A stretch of 64,000 nt of DNA from an uncultured Anaerolineales bacterium (GCA_964618295.1 CAZTWV010000001.1:92863-156862), one strand, 5' to 3'. Shown: positions 30,783 through 39,601, numbered from the stretch's first letter. Notes: generated by a model not told the origin, from the sequence alone. Made by a program: numbers and translations.

Positions 30783-32174
30783 ATGATTATGCCCACACTT
30801 CTTGTCAAGAACGCCCAGATCTTAGTAACAATGGATGAACACCGCCGTGAGATTGAAAACGGTGGTCTTTTTGTTAAAGACGGCTTTATTGAACAGGTCG
30901 GGCCCACGGATCAACTTCCGAAAAAGGCCGATAGAGTCCTGGACCTGGCTGGCCATCTGGTACTGCCGGGACTGATCAACACCCACCATCATTTTTATCA
31001 AACACTGACCCGGGTTGTTCCAGAGGCGCAGGACGCCAATCTTTTTCATTGGTTGAAAACCCTCTATACCATCTGGGCTCGGATGCAGCCAGAGGATATT
31101 CAGATTTCAACCAAAACAGCTCTGGCTGAACTGGCTCTTTCGGGCTGTACAACAGCATCCGATCACCTGTATTTATTTCCGAATGGCTCACGTTTGGATC
31201 ATGAAATTGAAGCTGCCCTTGAGATAGGACTTCGTTTGCATGCCTCCCGCGGTTCAATGAGCCTGGGAGAAAGTGATGGAGGTTTACCTCCTGACAGCGT
31301 GGTAGAAGATGAAGATTATATTTTAGAGGATTCCCGACGCTTGATTGAGACCTATCATGACAGCAGCCCGGGTTCGATGACCCAAATTGTGCTTGCTCCA
31401 TGTTCGCCGTTCAGTGTCACGGGTGATTTGATGCGTGAAAGCGCAGTTTTAGCCCGTGAATATGGGGTGCAGCTGCATACCCACCTGGCCGAGACGGAAG
31501 ATGAGATCGATTTTTGTATTGAAATGTTCGGGAAACGCCCTGTTGCCTACATGGAAGAAGTGGATTGGATCGGTCCGGATGTCTGGTTCGCCCATTCAGT
31601 CTACGTTAATGACCAGGAAATTAAAGTCTATGCTGATCACCATTGTGGTGTGGCCCACTGCCCGAGCTCAAATATGCGTCTGGCTTCCGGTGCAGCTCCG
31701 ATTCTGGATCTGCGGGCTGCCGGCGTTGATGTCGGGTTGGGCGTGGATGGATCCGCCAGCAATGATGGATCCCATATGATTGAAGAGGCCCGTCAGGCGA
31801 TGCTTCTATCCCGCCTTCGGGCTGGAATGATGGGGGCTTCTCGCTCTGATGGAGGGGCTCAGCCGATTATGTCAGCCCGGCAGGTGCTGGAACTGGCCAC
31901 AATTGGCGGTGCTGCAGTCCTCGGTCGAGAGGATATCGGCTCCCTGGCAGCTGGAAAGGCAGCTGATTTTACGGCGATTAATTTAAACCGGATTGATTAT
32001 GCAGGTGCACTGCACGATCCAGTGGCTGCCGTACCGTTTTGTGCTCCGGTGAAAGTGGATTACACCGTAGTCGGAGGGAAAATGATTGTTAAGGATGGAC
32101 AGCTGATGACCGAGGATCTACCGGTCTTGATTGAGAACCACAACAAGGCTGCTCACAGGTTATTAAACGAATAA
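30783..32174 (+). CDS. COG0402-type amidohydrolase, 8-oxoguanine/guanine/isoxanthopterin-deaminase-like
   Basis: 'PGLINTHHHFYQTLTR', 'HTHLAETEDE', 'AHSVY', 'HCPSSNMRL', and 'GVDGSASND'. The start is set at the first ATG (MIMPTLLVKNA) rather than the TTG at 30732. Confidence 0.8.
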   Translation: MIMPTLLVKNAQILVTMDEHRREIENGGLFVKDGFIEQVGPTDQLPKKADRVLDLAGHLVLPGLINTHHHFYQTLTRVVPEAQDANLFHWLKTLYTIWARMQPEDIQISTKTALAELALSGCTTASDHLYLFPNGSRLDHEIEAALEIGLRLHASRGSMSLGESDGGLPPDSVVEDEDYILEDSRRLIETYHDSSPGSMTQIVLAPCSPFSVTGDLMRESAVLAREYGVQLHTHLAETEDEIDFCIEMFGKRPVAYMEEVDWIGPDVWFAHSVYVNDQEIKVYADHHCGVAHCPSSNMRLASGAAPILDLRAAGVDVGLGVDGSASNDGSHMIEEARQAMLLSRLRAGMMGASRSDGGAQPIMSARQVLELATIGGAAVLGREDIGSLAAGKAADFTAINLNRIDYAGALHDPVAAVPFCAPVKVDYTVVGGKMIVKDGQLMTEDLPVLIENHNKAAHRLLNE

Positions 32175-32197
32175 CAATTGTTATTCGTTTATTTTTT
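32167..32197 (+). terminator. Perfect 22-bp palindrome plus T-run (weak intrinsic terminator/attenuator or protein-binding site)
   Basis: ACGAATAACAATTGTTATTCGT (32167-32188) overlaps the TAA stop of the upstream gene and is followed by TTATTTTTT. Confidence 0.45.
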
Positions 32198-32209
32198 GGG
32201 GAGGAATAG

Positions 32210-34012
32210 ATGACTTTGGAAAAAATCAGCACCGAAACAAGAAATCTCGTAGATGTGGCCATGGGCCGCACAACTGCGGATCTGCTGTTTCAGAACGGGA
32301 TCTGGGTTTGTGTTCAAACCGGTGAGTTCATTCCCGGGACGGATATCGCTGTCTCTGGCGATCGGATTGCTTTTGTGGGTCCTGATGCCAGTCATACGAT
32401 TGGAGATGAGACCGAAGTGATCGACGCCCGGGGAAAGTATCTGGTCCCTGGTTTGCTGGATGCCCATATGCATATTGAATCCGGGATGGTAACGATTACG
32501 GAGTTTGTCCGGGCAGTGGCCCCCCGAGGGACGACCGGGATGTTTGTTGATCCCCATGAGATAGCCAATGTATTCGGGTTGGAAGGTGTTCGGCTGATGG
32601 CAGACGAAGCGGAAAACCAGCCTGTTCATGTCTGGGTTCAGGTTCCCTCCTGTGTGCCGTCTGCACCGGGATTAGAAACACCGGGATCGGCAATCGGTCC
32701 CGAGGAAGTTGAAGAAGCAATGACCTGGGACCGAATTATCGGCCTGGGAGAAATGATGAATTTTCCGGGTGTGTTTACTAGTGATCAAAAGATGCACGAT
32801 GAAATGGCAGCAACCCGGGCTGCCGGGAAAGTGATCGGCGGGCATTATGCTTCTCCGGATCTGGGACTGCCGTTTCATGGATATGCCGCCGGCGGCCCGG
32901 AAGATGACCATGAAGGAACCCGGAAAGAAGATGCTGCCGCCCGCGTCCGGCAGGGGATGAAAGCCATGCTACGGTATGGTTCAGGTTGGCTCGATGTAGA
33001 AGCCCAGATTAAAGCCATTACGGAAGATGGACTCGATTCCCGTCATTTTCTGCTCTGCACGGATGATTCCCATTCTGAGACCCTGGTCAATGACGGTCAT
33101 ATGGACCGTGTTCTGCGTCATACCATCGGGTTGGGCGTGGATCCGATGCTGGCGATTCAGATGGCAACCATTAATACTGCAGAGCATTTCGGAGTTGCCC
33201 GAGATCTGGGCCAGATTGCCCCCGGCCGTTTTGCCGATGTGCTGATCGTTGAAGATTTGCAGGATTTCCGGCCGGAGCTGGTGCTGGCACAAGGTCAGGT
33301 GCTGGCCCGGGATATGAAATGGGAGATTGATCTTCCAGCTTATACCTACCCGGATTGGGCAGCTGACTCCATTCACCTCCAGCGCCCGTTGACAGCGGAG
33401 GATTTCCGCCTTCCTGTCTCATCAGAGCTCCAGGATGAGATATTAATGGCCCATGTGATTGGAGTGATTGAAGGGCAGGCACCTACCAAACATCTGCAGA
33501 TCCAGGTTGAGGCAGAAAATGGGGAAGTTCGAATCGATTTGGATCGCGATCTGGCGAAGATCGCACTTGTTGAACGCCACAAGGGGACCGGCGGAGTAGA
33601 GGTAGGCCTTGTTCAAGGATTTGGCTTTGAAGGAAAATGCGCGACAGGGACCACGGTAGCCCATGACTCCCACCATATGATTGTGGTTGGGACAGATGAG
33701 GAGCAGATGGCTCTGGCTGCGAATCATCTGGCAGAGATTCACGGCGGTCAGGTTGTGATCCAGGATGGAAAAGTGATTGGAGAAGTGGCCCTGCCAATTG
33801 CAGGCTTGATGTCCAATCAACGGGCAGATCTGGTAGCAGAAGAAGCGGCAACCGTCTTGGAGGGATTCAGGAATTGCGGCTGCACGATCGTAAATCCCAA
33901 TATGCAGTTGAGCTTGCTGGCCCTGGCAGTGATTCCGGCCCTCCGGATTTCTGATCTGGGGCTGGTGGATGTCGAGAAGTTTGAATTTGTACCCGTGCTG
34001 GAAAAAGAATAA
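32210..34012 (+). CDS. ade: Adenine deaminase (COG1001 family)
   Basis: 'PGLLDAHMHIESGM', ~600 aa, and the C-terminal domain motif 'AHDSHHMIVVGTD'. Confidence 0.85.
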   Translation: MTLEKISTETRNLVDVAMGRTTADLLFQNGIWVCVQTGEFIPGTDIAVSGDRIAFVGPDASHTIGDETEVIDARGKYLVPGLLDAHMHIESGMVTITEFVRAVAPRGTTGMFVDPHEIANVFGLEGVRLMADEAENQPVHVWVQVPSCVPSAPGLETPGSAIGPEEVEEAMTWDRIIGLGEMMNFPGVFTSDQKMHDEMAATRAAGKVIGGHYASPDLGLPFHGYAAGGPEDDHEGTRKEDAAARVRQGMKAMLRYGSGWLDVEAQIKAITEDGLDSRHFLLCTDDSHSETLVNDGHMDRVLRHTIGLGVDPMLAIQMATINTAEHFGVARDLGQIAPGRFADVLIVEDLQDFRPELVLAQGQVLARDMKWEIDLPAYTYPDWAADSIHLQRPLTAEDFRLPVSSELQDEILMAHVIGVIEGQAPTKHLQIQVEAENGEVRIDLDRDLAKIALVERHKGTGGVEVGLVQGFGFEGKCATGTTVAHDSHHMIVVGTDEEQMALAANHLAEIHGGQVVIQDGKVIGEVALPIAGLMSNQRADLVAEEAATVLEGFRNCGCTIVNPNMQLSLLALAVIPALRISDLGLVDVEKFEFVPVLEKE

Positions 34013-34016
34013 AACT

Positions 34017-34742
34017 ATGAGTGAAAACGATGTATCAAAAACAATCCATGAGCAGCTCAGCACCTTAATTGCTGAGACAGATTCTGGAGAAAGGCTTCCA
34101 TCGGAACCCAAGCTGGCGAAAAACCTGGGTGTTTCCCGGGCGACCCTGCGGGAAGCGATGCGAACTTTTGAAACCCGAGGCTTGCTGCAGAGGAAACAAG
34201 GTGTAGGAACGTTTGTAATCCATCCCACCCATGTCTTCGAGACCGGGCTGGAAAATTTGATGAGTCTGGAGAACTTGGCGGATCAAATTGGGCTGGATGT
34301 AGATATGGGCGAGCTGGTCGTCAAAGAAATTACTGCGGATGGGGATCTTGCAAAGACTCTCACCGTTCCGGAAGGTGAGCTCATACTCCAGGTAGCCCGC
34401 ACGATCCTGGCAGAAAACAGACCGATCGCGTATTTGGTCGATAATCTGCCGACGGATGTGCTGTCGGCTGATGAAGTTAATCAAAAATTCACCGGATCAG
34501 TCCTGGATTTGTTGATCACCCATGACGATATTCCCCTGACCAGTTCACGCTGTGATATCACAGCCATGGGAGCACCGCCTGAGATAGCCAGTGCGCTGGA
34601 TATCCAGCGGCGGGATCCGCTGCTGATATTTTCATCCAAACTGTACAACAATCAAGGAAGGATTATCGATTATTCTTTCAGCTATTTTATCCCCGGACAT
34701 TTTCGTTTTCATATTGTCCGGAGAATAGTCAGTCAAATTTAA
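34017..34742 (+). CDS. GntR-family transcriptional regulator, HutC/UTRA subfamily
   Basis: N-terminal wHTH 'LPSEPKLAKNLGVSRATLREAMRTFETRGLLQRKQGVGTFV' plus a ~150-aa UTRA-like effector domain. The start is at ATG 34017, just after the ade stop. Confidence 0.88.
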   Translation: MSENDVSKTIHEQLSTLIAETDSGERLPSEPKLAKNLGVSRATLREAMRTFETRGLLQRKQGVGTFVIHPTHVFETGLENLMSLENLADQIGLDVDMGELVVKEITADGDLAKTLTVPEGELILQVARTILAENRPIAYLVDNLPTDVLSADEVNQKFTGSVLDLLITHDDIPLTSSRCDITAMGAPPEIASALDIQRRDPLLIFSSKLYNNQGRIIDYSFSYFIPGHFRFHIVRRIVSQI

Positions 34743-34753
34743 CCATAAACCTT

Positions 34754-34798
34754 TGGATAACCTTCCCGTCAAATTCTAAGAAGAACGGCCGTTATCCA
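34754..34798. promoter_or_regulatory. Inverted repeat TGGATAAC-N29-GTTATCCA upstream of the first transcarbamylase gene
   Basis: 8-bp perfect arms at 34754-34761 and 34791-34798 with an inner CCGT/ACGG pairing. No T-run follows. Confidence 0.3.
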
Positions 34799-34832
34799 GA
34801 TAAAAACCATATTTACTTTAAGGAGTTACATC

Positions 34833-35786
34833 ATGAGAAGTTTTGCTGGACGGAACATTATATCTTTGAAAAATTTTGAACGACGGGAATTCGAGCGTGT
34901 TTTGGAAGTGGCTGCTGAACTGGCACCCATCGCCCACAACCGTAAGAATGTTGATCTGCTGAAGGAAAAGACCATGGTGACGGCTTTCTATCAGCCTTCA
35001 ACCCGAACCCGACTCGCCCACGAAGCTGCCATGCTGCGGTTGGGCGGAAAAGTGACCGGATTCTCCGATGCAAAAATGACCCGGGCCGGTGACTTTTATA
35101 TGGAAACCATCAAGGATACCTTCAAGATGCTTGAGCACTACGGGGACGTGATTGTTATGCGTCACTTCCAGAAAGGCGCTCCAGCCGAAGCAGCCAAATG
35201 GACCAGCGTTCCGATCATTAACGGCGGTGATGGATGGGGTGAGCACCCGACCCAGATCCTGACCGACCTCTACACCATCTGGCAGGAAAAAGGGATCCTT
35301 GACGGTCTGCGCTGGGTGGCGGTTGGTGATATGCGGATGCGCACCATGCATTCCCTGGGGCACGCCCTGACCCAGTTTGACTGCCCGATCACCTTTATTT
35401 CTCCTGAAGATATGTCCCTTCCGGATGAGTACCGCGAAGACTTCAAACAGAACAGCTTGAACTTCACCGAGGGTGATGATGTCCGCGAAGTGATTGCTGA
35501 CGCAGACGTGATCCTGGTTGAACCGGTTGTCCAGCCTGATTACACCAAATCCCGCGACGAGCGTGATGGTGATGTCGGAATGACCCCGCCTGAATTCAAG
35601 ATAACCCGCGAGCTGCTGGAAACCAAAGCGAAATCCGATGCGGTTCTGCTGCACTCCCTGCCCCGCATGGACGAGATTCCTCCCGATGTCGATCAGACCC
35701 GGTGGGCTCGCTACTGGCAGGAAGGTTTCAACGGTGTTGTGATGCGGATGGCACTGTTGGCCCTGGTGCTCGGCGCCAAAGAGTAA
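34833..35786 (+). CDS. Aspartate-carbamoyltransferase-fold transcarbamylase with a non-canonical second-substrate site
   Basis: By eye it aligns along its full length with E. coli-type PyrB: 'QPSTRTR', 'NGGDGWGEHPTQ', 'GDMRMRTMHS', and 'LHSLPRMDEIPPDVD'. The Asp-binding 'TRVQKER' is replaced by 'EPVVQPDY'. Confidence 0.8.
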   Translation: MRSFAGRNIISLKNFERREFERVLEVAAELAPIAHNRKNVDLLKEKTMVTAFYQPSTRTRLAHEAAMLRLGGKVTGFSDAKMTRAGDFYMETIKDTFKMLEHYGDVIVMRHFQKGAPAEAAKWTSVPIINGGDGWGEHPTQILTDLYTIWQEKGILDGLRWVAVGDMRMRTMHSLGHALTQFDCPITFISPEDMSLPDEYREDFKQNSLNFTEGDDVREVIADADVILVEPVVQPDYTKSRDERDGDVGMTPPEFKITRELLETKAKSDAVLLHSLPRMDEIPPDVDQTRWARYWQEGFNGVVMRMALLALVLGAKE

Positions 35787-35807
35787 GGTCGGTAGAAGAA
35801 GAAAACA

Positions 35808-35858
35808 CCAGTATGGAGCGGTTTCAAAGCACAATTTTTAGAGGCAGCTCCATACTGG
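35808..35858. repeat. 12-bp perfect inverted repeat CCAGTATGGAGC / GCTCCATACTGG (27-nt loop) in a 271-nt intergenic region
   Basis: Read directly: arms at 35808-35819 and 35847-35858. No U-run follows. Confidence 0.5.
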
Positions 35859-36057
35859 AGTAAGACAACTTAATGCTCAGTTTTATTCGTAGGCAAGAAA
35901 TTCAAATCAACCACAAAACCCCGGAGAGCTGAATTCGAAGCACGGAAGCCGATCATAAACCAATCCAGCACCGGTTAATAATTGAACAATAATACCAATC
36001 CTGCAAAACGCTGAGCTGTATTCCAAATAGATCTTATCTAATCAGAAGGAGATAAAT

Positions 36058-37038
36058 ATGATTTCCGATTTACGCGGTCGAGATTTAATCAGCGACCTTG
36101 ATTTTTCCAAAGAAGAAGTAGAAACCATTCTGGAAGTTGCCTGGGATCTTAAGAAAAAGCGGGCTCTTGGCGAACCCCATGCTCTGCTGCGGGATAAAAC
36201 CCTCTCCATGCTTTTCTTCTTCTCCAGCACCCGGACCCGGGCTTCTTTTGAATCCGGCATGGCCCAGCTGGGCGGACATGCAGCTTTTATGGAAAGCCGC
36301 ACCACCCAGGTGTCCCACGGTGATACAGAGAAAGAACTCGGTGAAATTCTGGGACGGTATTTTGACGGAATTGCCATCCGACACGTTACATGGGGTGTTG
36401 GCAACCAGTATCTGAACAATGTTGCTTCTGCCTCCCGGGTTCCCGTGCTGAACATGCAGTGCGAAGTTTACCATCCCCACCAGTGCCTGGCTGACATTAT
36501 GACCATCCAGGAAAAGAAAGGGAAAGACCTGCGCGGGAAGAAGATTGTGGTCTCCTGGGCTTATGCTTCCTCTTATCTCAAACCGATCTCTGTGCCGCAG
36601 TCCCTGATCCTCCAGATGCCCCGCTTTGGTCTGGATGTCACCCTGTCCCATCCCCCGGAATTCAAATTAATGCCGGAGATCATGGAACAGGCTCAAGAAC
36701 AGGCTGATAAATACGGCGGTAAATTTGAGGTTGTCCATGATATGGAAGAAGGCTTCAAAGATGCTGACATTGTCTACGCCAAATCATGGGGTCCGCTGCT
36801 GACCACCCAGGATCCGGATGAGGGCAAGAAGATTCAGGATCAGTACAAAGATTGGATTACTGATTCCAGGAAGATGGCTCTGGCAGATAAGGATGCAATT
36901 TACATGCACCCGCTTCCCGCAGACAGGGATGTCGAAGTCACCAGTGAAGTGATGGATGGACCGCAGTCCGTGGTCTTCGATCAGGCCGAAAACCGTATGC
37001 ATGCTCAGAAAGCCGTCATGGCTCTGACCATGCGCTAG
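36058..37038 (+). CDS. Ornithine-carbamoyltransferase-fold transcarbamylase with a non-canonical second-substrate site
   Basis: 'SSTRTRASFE', 'HPHQCLADIMTI', and the C-terminal 'VVFDQAENRMHAQKAVMA' are OTCase-like. The ornithine loop DxxxSMG reads 'AKSWGPL', and HCLP reads 'HPLP'. Confidence 0.8.
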   Translation: MISDLRGRDLISDLDFSKEEVETILEVAWDLKKKRALGEPHALLRDKTLSMLFFFSSTRTRASFESGMAQLGGHAAFMESRTTQVSHGDTEKELGEILGRYFDGIAIRHVTWGVGNQYLNNVASASRVPVLNMQCEVYHPHQCLADIMTIQEKKGKDLRGKKIVVSWAYASSYLKPISVPQSLILQMPRFGLDVTLSHPPEFKLMPEIMEQAQEQADKYGGKFEVVHDMEEGFKDADIVYAKSWGPLLTTQDPDEGKKIQDQYKDWITDSRKMALADKDAIYMHPLPADRDVEVTSEVMDGPQSVVFDQAENRMHAQKAVMALTMR

Positions 37039-37047
37039 GAGAAACCA

Positions 37048-38004
37048 ATGACAAAAGAAAAGAAAGTTGCTGTAGTTGCCATTGGCGGTAATTCGCTGAT
37101 CAAGTCCAAGCAGCACCAGACCGTGGAAGATCAGTACCAGGCGGCTAAAGAAACTGCAGCCCACCTGGTGGATATGATCGAAGCGGGCTGGGATATCGCG
37201 GTGGGGCACGGGAACGGCCCCCAGGTTGGATTCATTCTGCGCCGGTCGGAAATTGCCGCCAAAGTGGAAGGAATGCACGAAGTACCGCTGGATGTCTGCG
37301 GTGCGGACAGCCAGGGTGCGATTGGTTATGCTCTGCAGCAGAACCTGCACAACGAGCTTTCTGACCGGGGTATTGACAAATCAGTTGCGACCGTGATCAC
37401 CCAGGTCCGGGTGGATGCTGATGATCCTGCGTTCCAGGAACCAGCTAAACCGATTGGGACGTTCATGGAAGAAGACGAAGCCATGCGCCGCAAAGAAGAG
37501 ATGGGATGGAATGTGGTTGAAGATGCCGGACGCGGCTGGCGCCGGGTTGTGGCTTCCCCCCTTCCGGTCGAAATCATGGAGCTGGAAGCGGTTAAAGCCC
37601 TGATTGCATCCGGAACGATCACCATCACCGTCGGCGGGGGAGGAATCCCCGTCATAAAAACAGATGCTGGCTTGAAGGGAACAGCAGCCGTGATTGATAA
37701 AGACTTCGCTTCCTCCTTCCTGGCAACTGAAATGGATGCTGATCTGCTGCTGATCTCCACGGCTGTGGAAAAAGTGGCCCTGAATTTCGGGAAACCGGAT
37801 CAAAAAGATCTCGATGTGATGACGGTAGCGGAAGCAAAACAGTACCTCGATGAGGGCACTCATTTTGCAAAAGGCTCCATGGAACCGAAAATCCGGGCTA
37901 TTGTCCGCTTCCTGGAGAACGGTGGAAAAGAAGCGATAGTGACCGACCCAAAGAATATTGGGCGAGCTTTGAAAGGTGAAACGGGAACAAAAATAATTCC
38001 CTGA
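37048..38004 (+). CDS. arcC: Carbamate kinase
   Basis: 'VVAIGGNSL', 'HGNGPQVG', and 'GGGGIPV'; 318 aa. It starts 9 nt after the preceding transcarbamylase gene. Confidence 0.9.
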   Translation: MTKEKKVAVVAIGGNSLIKSKQHQTVEDQYQAAKETAAHLVDMIEAGWDIAVGHGNGPQVGFILRRSEIAAKVEGMHEVPLDVCGADSQGAIGYALQQNLHNELSDRGIDKSVATVITQVRVDADDPAFQEPAKPIGTFMEEDEAMRRKEEMGWNVVEDAGRGWRRVVASPLPVEIMELEAVKALIASGTITITVGGGGIPVIKTDAGLKGTAAVIDKDFASSFLATEMDADLLLISTAVEKVALNFGKPDQKDLDVMTVAEAKQYLDEGTHFAKGSMEPKIRAIVRFLENGGKEAIVTDPKNIGRALKGETGTKIIP

Positions 38005-38009
38005 GGGGA

Positions 38010-38062
38010 AATATCTTAATGTTTGAAGAATGAAGGCAAAATTCATCAAATATTAAGATATT
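38010..38062. repeat. AT-rich 11-bp inverted repeat AATATCTTAAT / ATTAAGATATT immediately after the carbamate kinase stop
   Basis: Arms at 38010-38020 and 38052-38062. It could be an operon-end hairpin or a binding site. Confidence 0.4.
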
Positions 38063-38201
38063 GTTCTTATCCCTCTAAGGATGTTTCAAGTATACTTATG
38101 GAATAAGGATTAACGAAATTTATCACAAAAGGAGGCATAACTCAAAAAATCGCGCCTACTAAAACCTATTTACTTTAACCTAGTTATGTACAGGAGAAAC
38201 T

Positions 38202-39494
38202 ATGAAGAAGAAAAACCTTTGGTTAGTGATCAGCATGTTGCTGATTGCCTCATTTGTCTTCACAGCCTGCCAGACAGCCCCCGTTGAAGAACCCGCGGAA
38301 GAAGCTGCTGAAGAGGCAGTTGTTGAAGAAGAGGCAGAAGAAGCAGTGGAGGAAGAAACAGAACCAGCCGCGGAAGGTGGACTGCAGATTCCTGACATTG
38401 AAGAAGGCAAGTTCAATGTTGCGATCGTGATGCTCAGCAACCATGATGACGGCGGCTGGTCCCAGGCTCAGTGGGAAGGAATTACCTACCTTGATGAAGC
38501 CATGGATGATGTTCACACCGCCTATATGGAATTGGTCGCCGAGGGCGCTGATTCCGAGCAGGTTTTCCGGGGTTTGGCCCGCAAAGGCTTTGACCTGATC
38601 TTTGGTGGGTCCTTTGGTTACATGGACTCCATGGAAGTCGTGGCAGAAGAATTCCCGGATGTGGGTTTTGTTCACATTTCCGGTTACAAATTCAACGGCA
38701 CGAACTTTGGCAATATGTTTGGCGAAATGGAAGTTATGAAGTACGTGGCCGGCATGGTTGCTGGAGCCCGAGCCAAGGCTGACGGCGTAGATCGTGTTGG
38801 TGGTATGGCCACTTTCCCGATTCCGGAAGAATTCCGTCTGTTCAATTCTTATGCACTTGGTGTGCAGGAAACCTGCCCCGACTGCGAAGTGGATATCCGC
38901 TGGATCTTCACCTGGCACGATCCGATTGTCGAGCGCGAAGGTTCTGATTCCCTCTTTGACACCGGCTCGCATGTGGTAATGACCGGTGCCGATACCCCGG
39001 CTCCTGCTCTGGCAGCTGCCGACCGGGAAGGCGTTTATGGAATCACCTATGACTGGGTTGGCTCCTGCACCATTGACGAGTGCCTGACTGCTCCGTACTG
39101 GGTCTGGGGACCTGTCTTTGAACGGATCACCAAAGAAGTTATGGCTGGAGAATATCCTTACACAGCTGATTATTTCGATGCCGTTTCTGGTGGTGTTGGA
39201 ATTTACGGCTTCATGGAAGGACAGGAACTGCAGCCCGGTGTGGCCAGTCTTCCCGAGGAAGATCTGGATAAGATCTGGGATGTTGTGAATGCTGCGAAAG
39301 CCGGCGAATTTGATCGTTTTGATGTCTTTGCCGGACCGATCATCGACAACCAGGGCAACGTGGTTGTTCCTGAAGGCGAGTTCATGACCCAGGCTGATAT
39401 TGACCAGTTCGCCCCCGGCGCACCTGGTTTTGAAGCTGAGTACGGCATGTTCTGGTGGAACGAGAATATCATCGCTGATCTACCTGATCTCTAA
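38202..39494 (+). CDS. BMP-family (Med/PnrA-like) ABC substrate-binding lipoprotein, probably for a purine nucleoside or base
   Basis: Signal peptide with Cys (VFTAC), the acidic tether 'EEPAEEAAEEAVVEEEAEEAVEEE', then a Bmp-like body. Confidence 0.8.
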   Translation: MKKKNLWLVISMLLIASFVFTACQTAPVEEPAEEAAEEAVVEEEAEEAVEEETEPAAEGGLQIPDIEEGKFNVAIVMLSNHDDGGWSQAQWEGITYLDEAMDDVHTAYMELVAEGADSEQVFRGLARKGFDLIFGGSFGYMDSMEVVAEEFPDVGFVHISGYKFNGTNFGNMFGEMEVMKYVAGMVAGARAKADGVDRVGGMATFPIPEEFRLFNSYALGVQETCPDCEVDIRWIFTWHDPIVEREGSDSLFDTGSHVVMTGADTPAPALAAADREGVYGITYDWVGSCTIDECLTAPYWVWGPVFERITKEVMAGEYPYTADYFDAVSGGVGIYGFMEGQELQPGVASLPEEDLDKIWDVVNAAKAGEFDRFDVFAGPIIDNQGNVVVPEGEFMTQADIDQFAPGAPGFEAEYGMFWWNENIIADLPDL

Positions 39495-39507
39495 ACCTCA
39501 CACAATT

Positions 39508-39545
39508 CCGGGTGGCCAGCACCAGCTGGCCACCCGGTCTTTTCT
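39508..39545 (+). terminator. Strong intrinsic terminator/attenuator between the SBP gene and the ATPase gene
   Basis: A 13-bp GC-rich stem CCGGGTGGCCAGC / GCTGGCCACCCGG with loop ACCA, followed by TCTTTTCT. Confidence 0.8.
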
Positions 39546-39601
39546 AGCAATTATTTTTTATTATGGAAACAGACTAGCTACTATAAACAAGATGGTGGAT
39601 T

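Noticed and set aside
33443-34228. A 261-aa minus-strand ORF bridging the adenine deaminase / GntR junction.
   Set aside because: It is antisense to two well-supported genes and has no recognisable domain or RBS.
34833-38004. Reading the two transcarbamylases and the kinase as ordinary pyrB + argF + arcC (pyrimidine/arginine biosynthesis or the arginine deiminase pathway).
   Set aside because: The Asp-binding (RxQxER) and Orn-binding (DxxxSMG, HCLP) motifs are not conserved by my alignment. There are no pyrI/pyrC or arcA/arcD/argGH neighbours, and the genes are embedded in purine-catabolic genes. This still needs a proper alignment to confirm.
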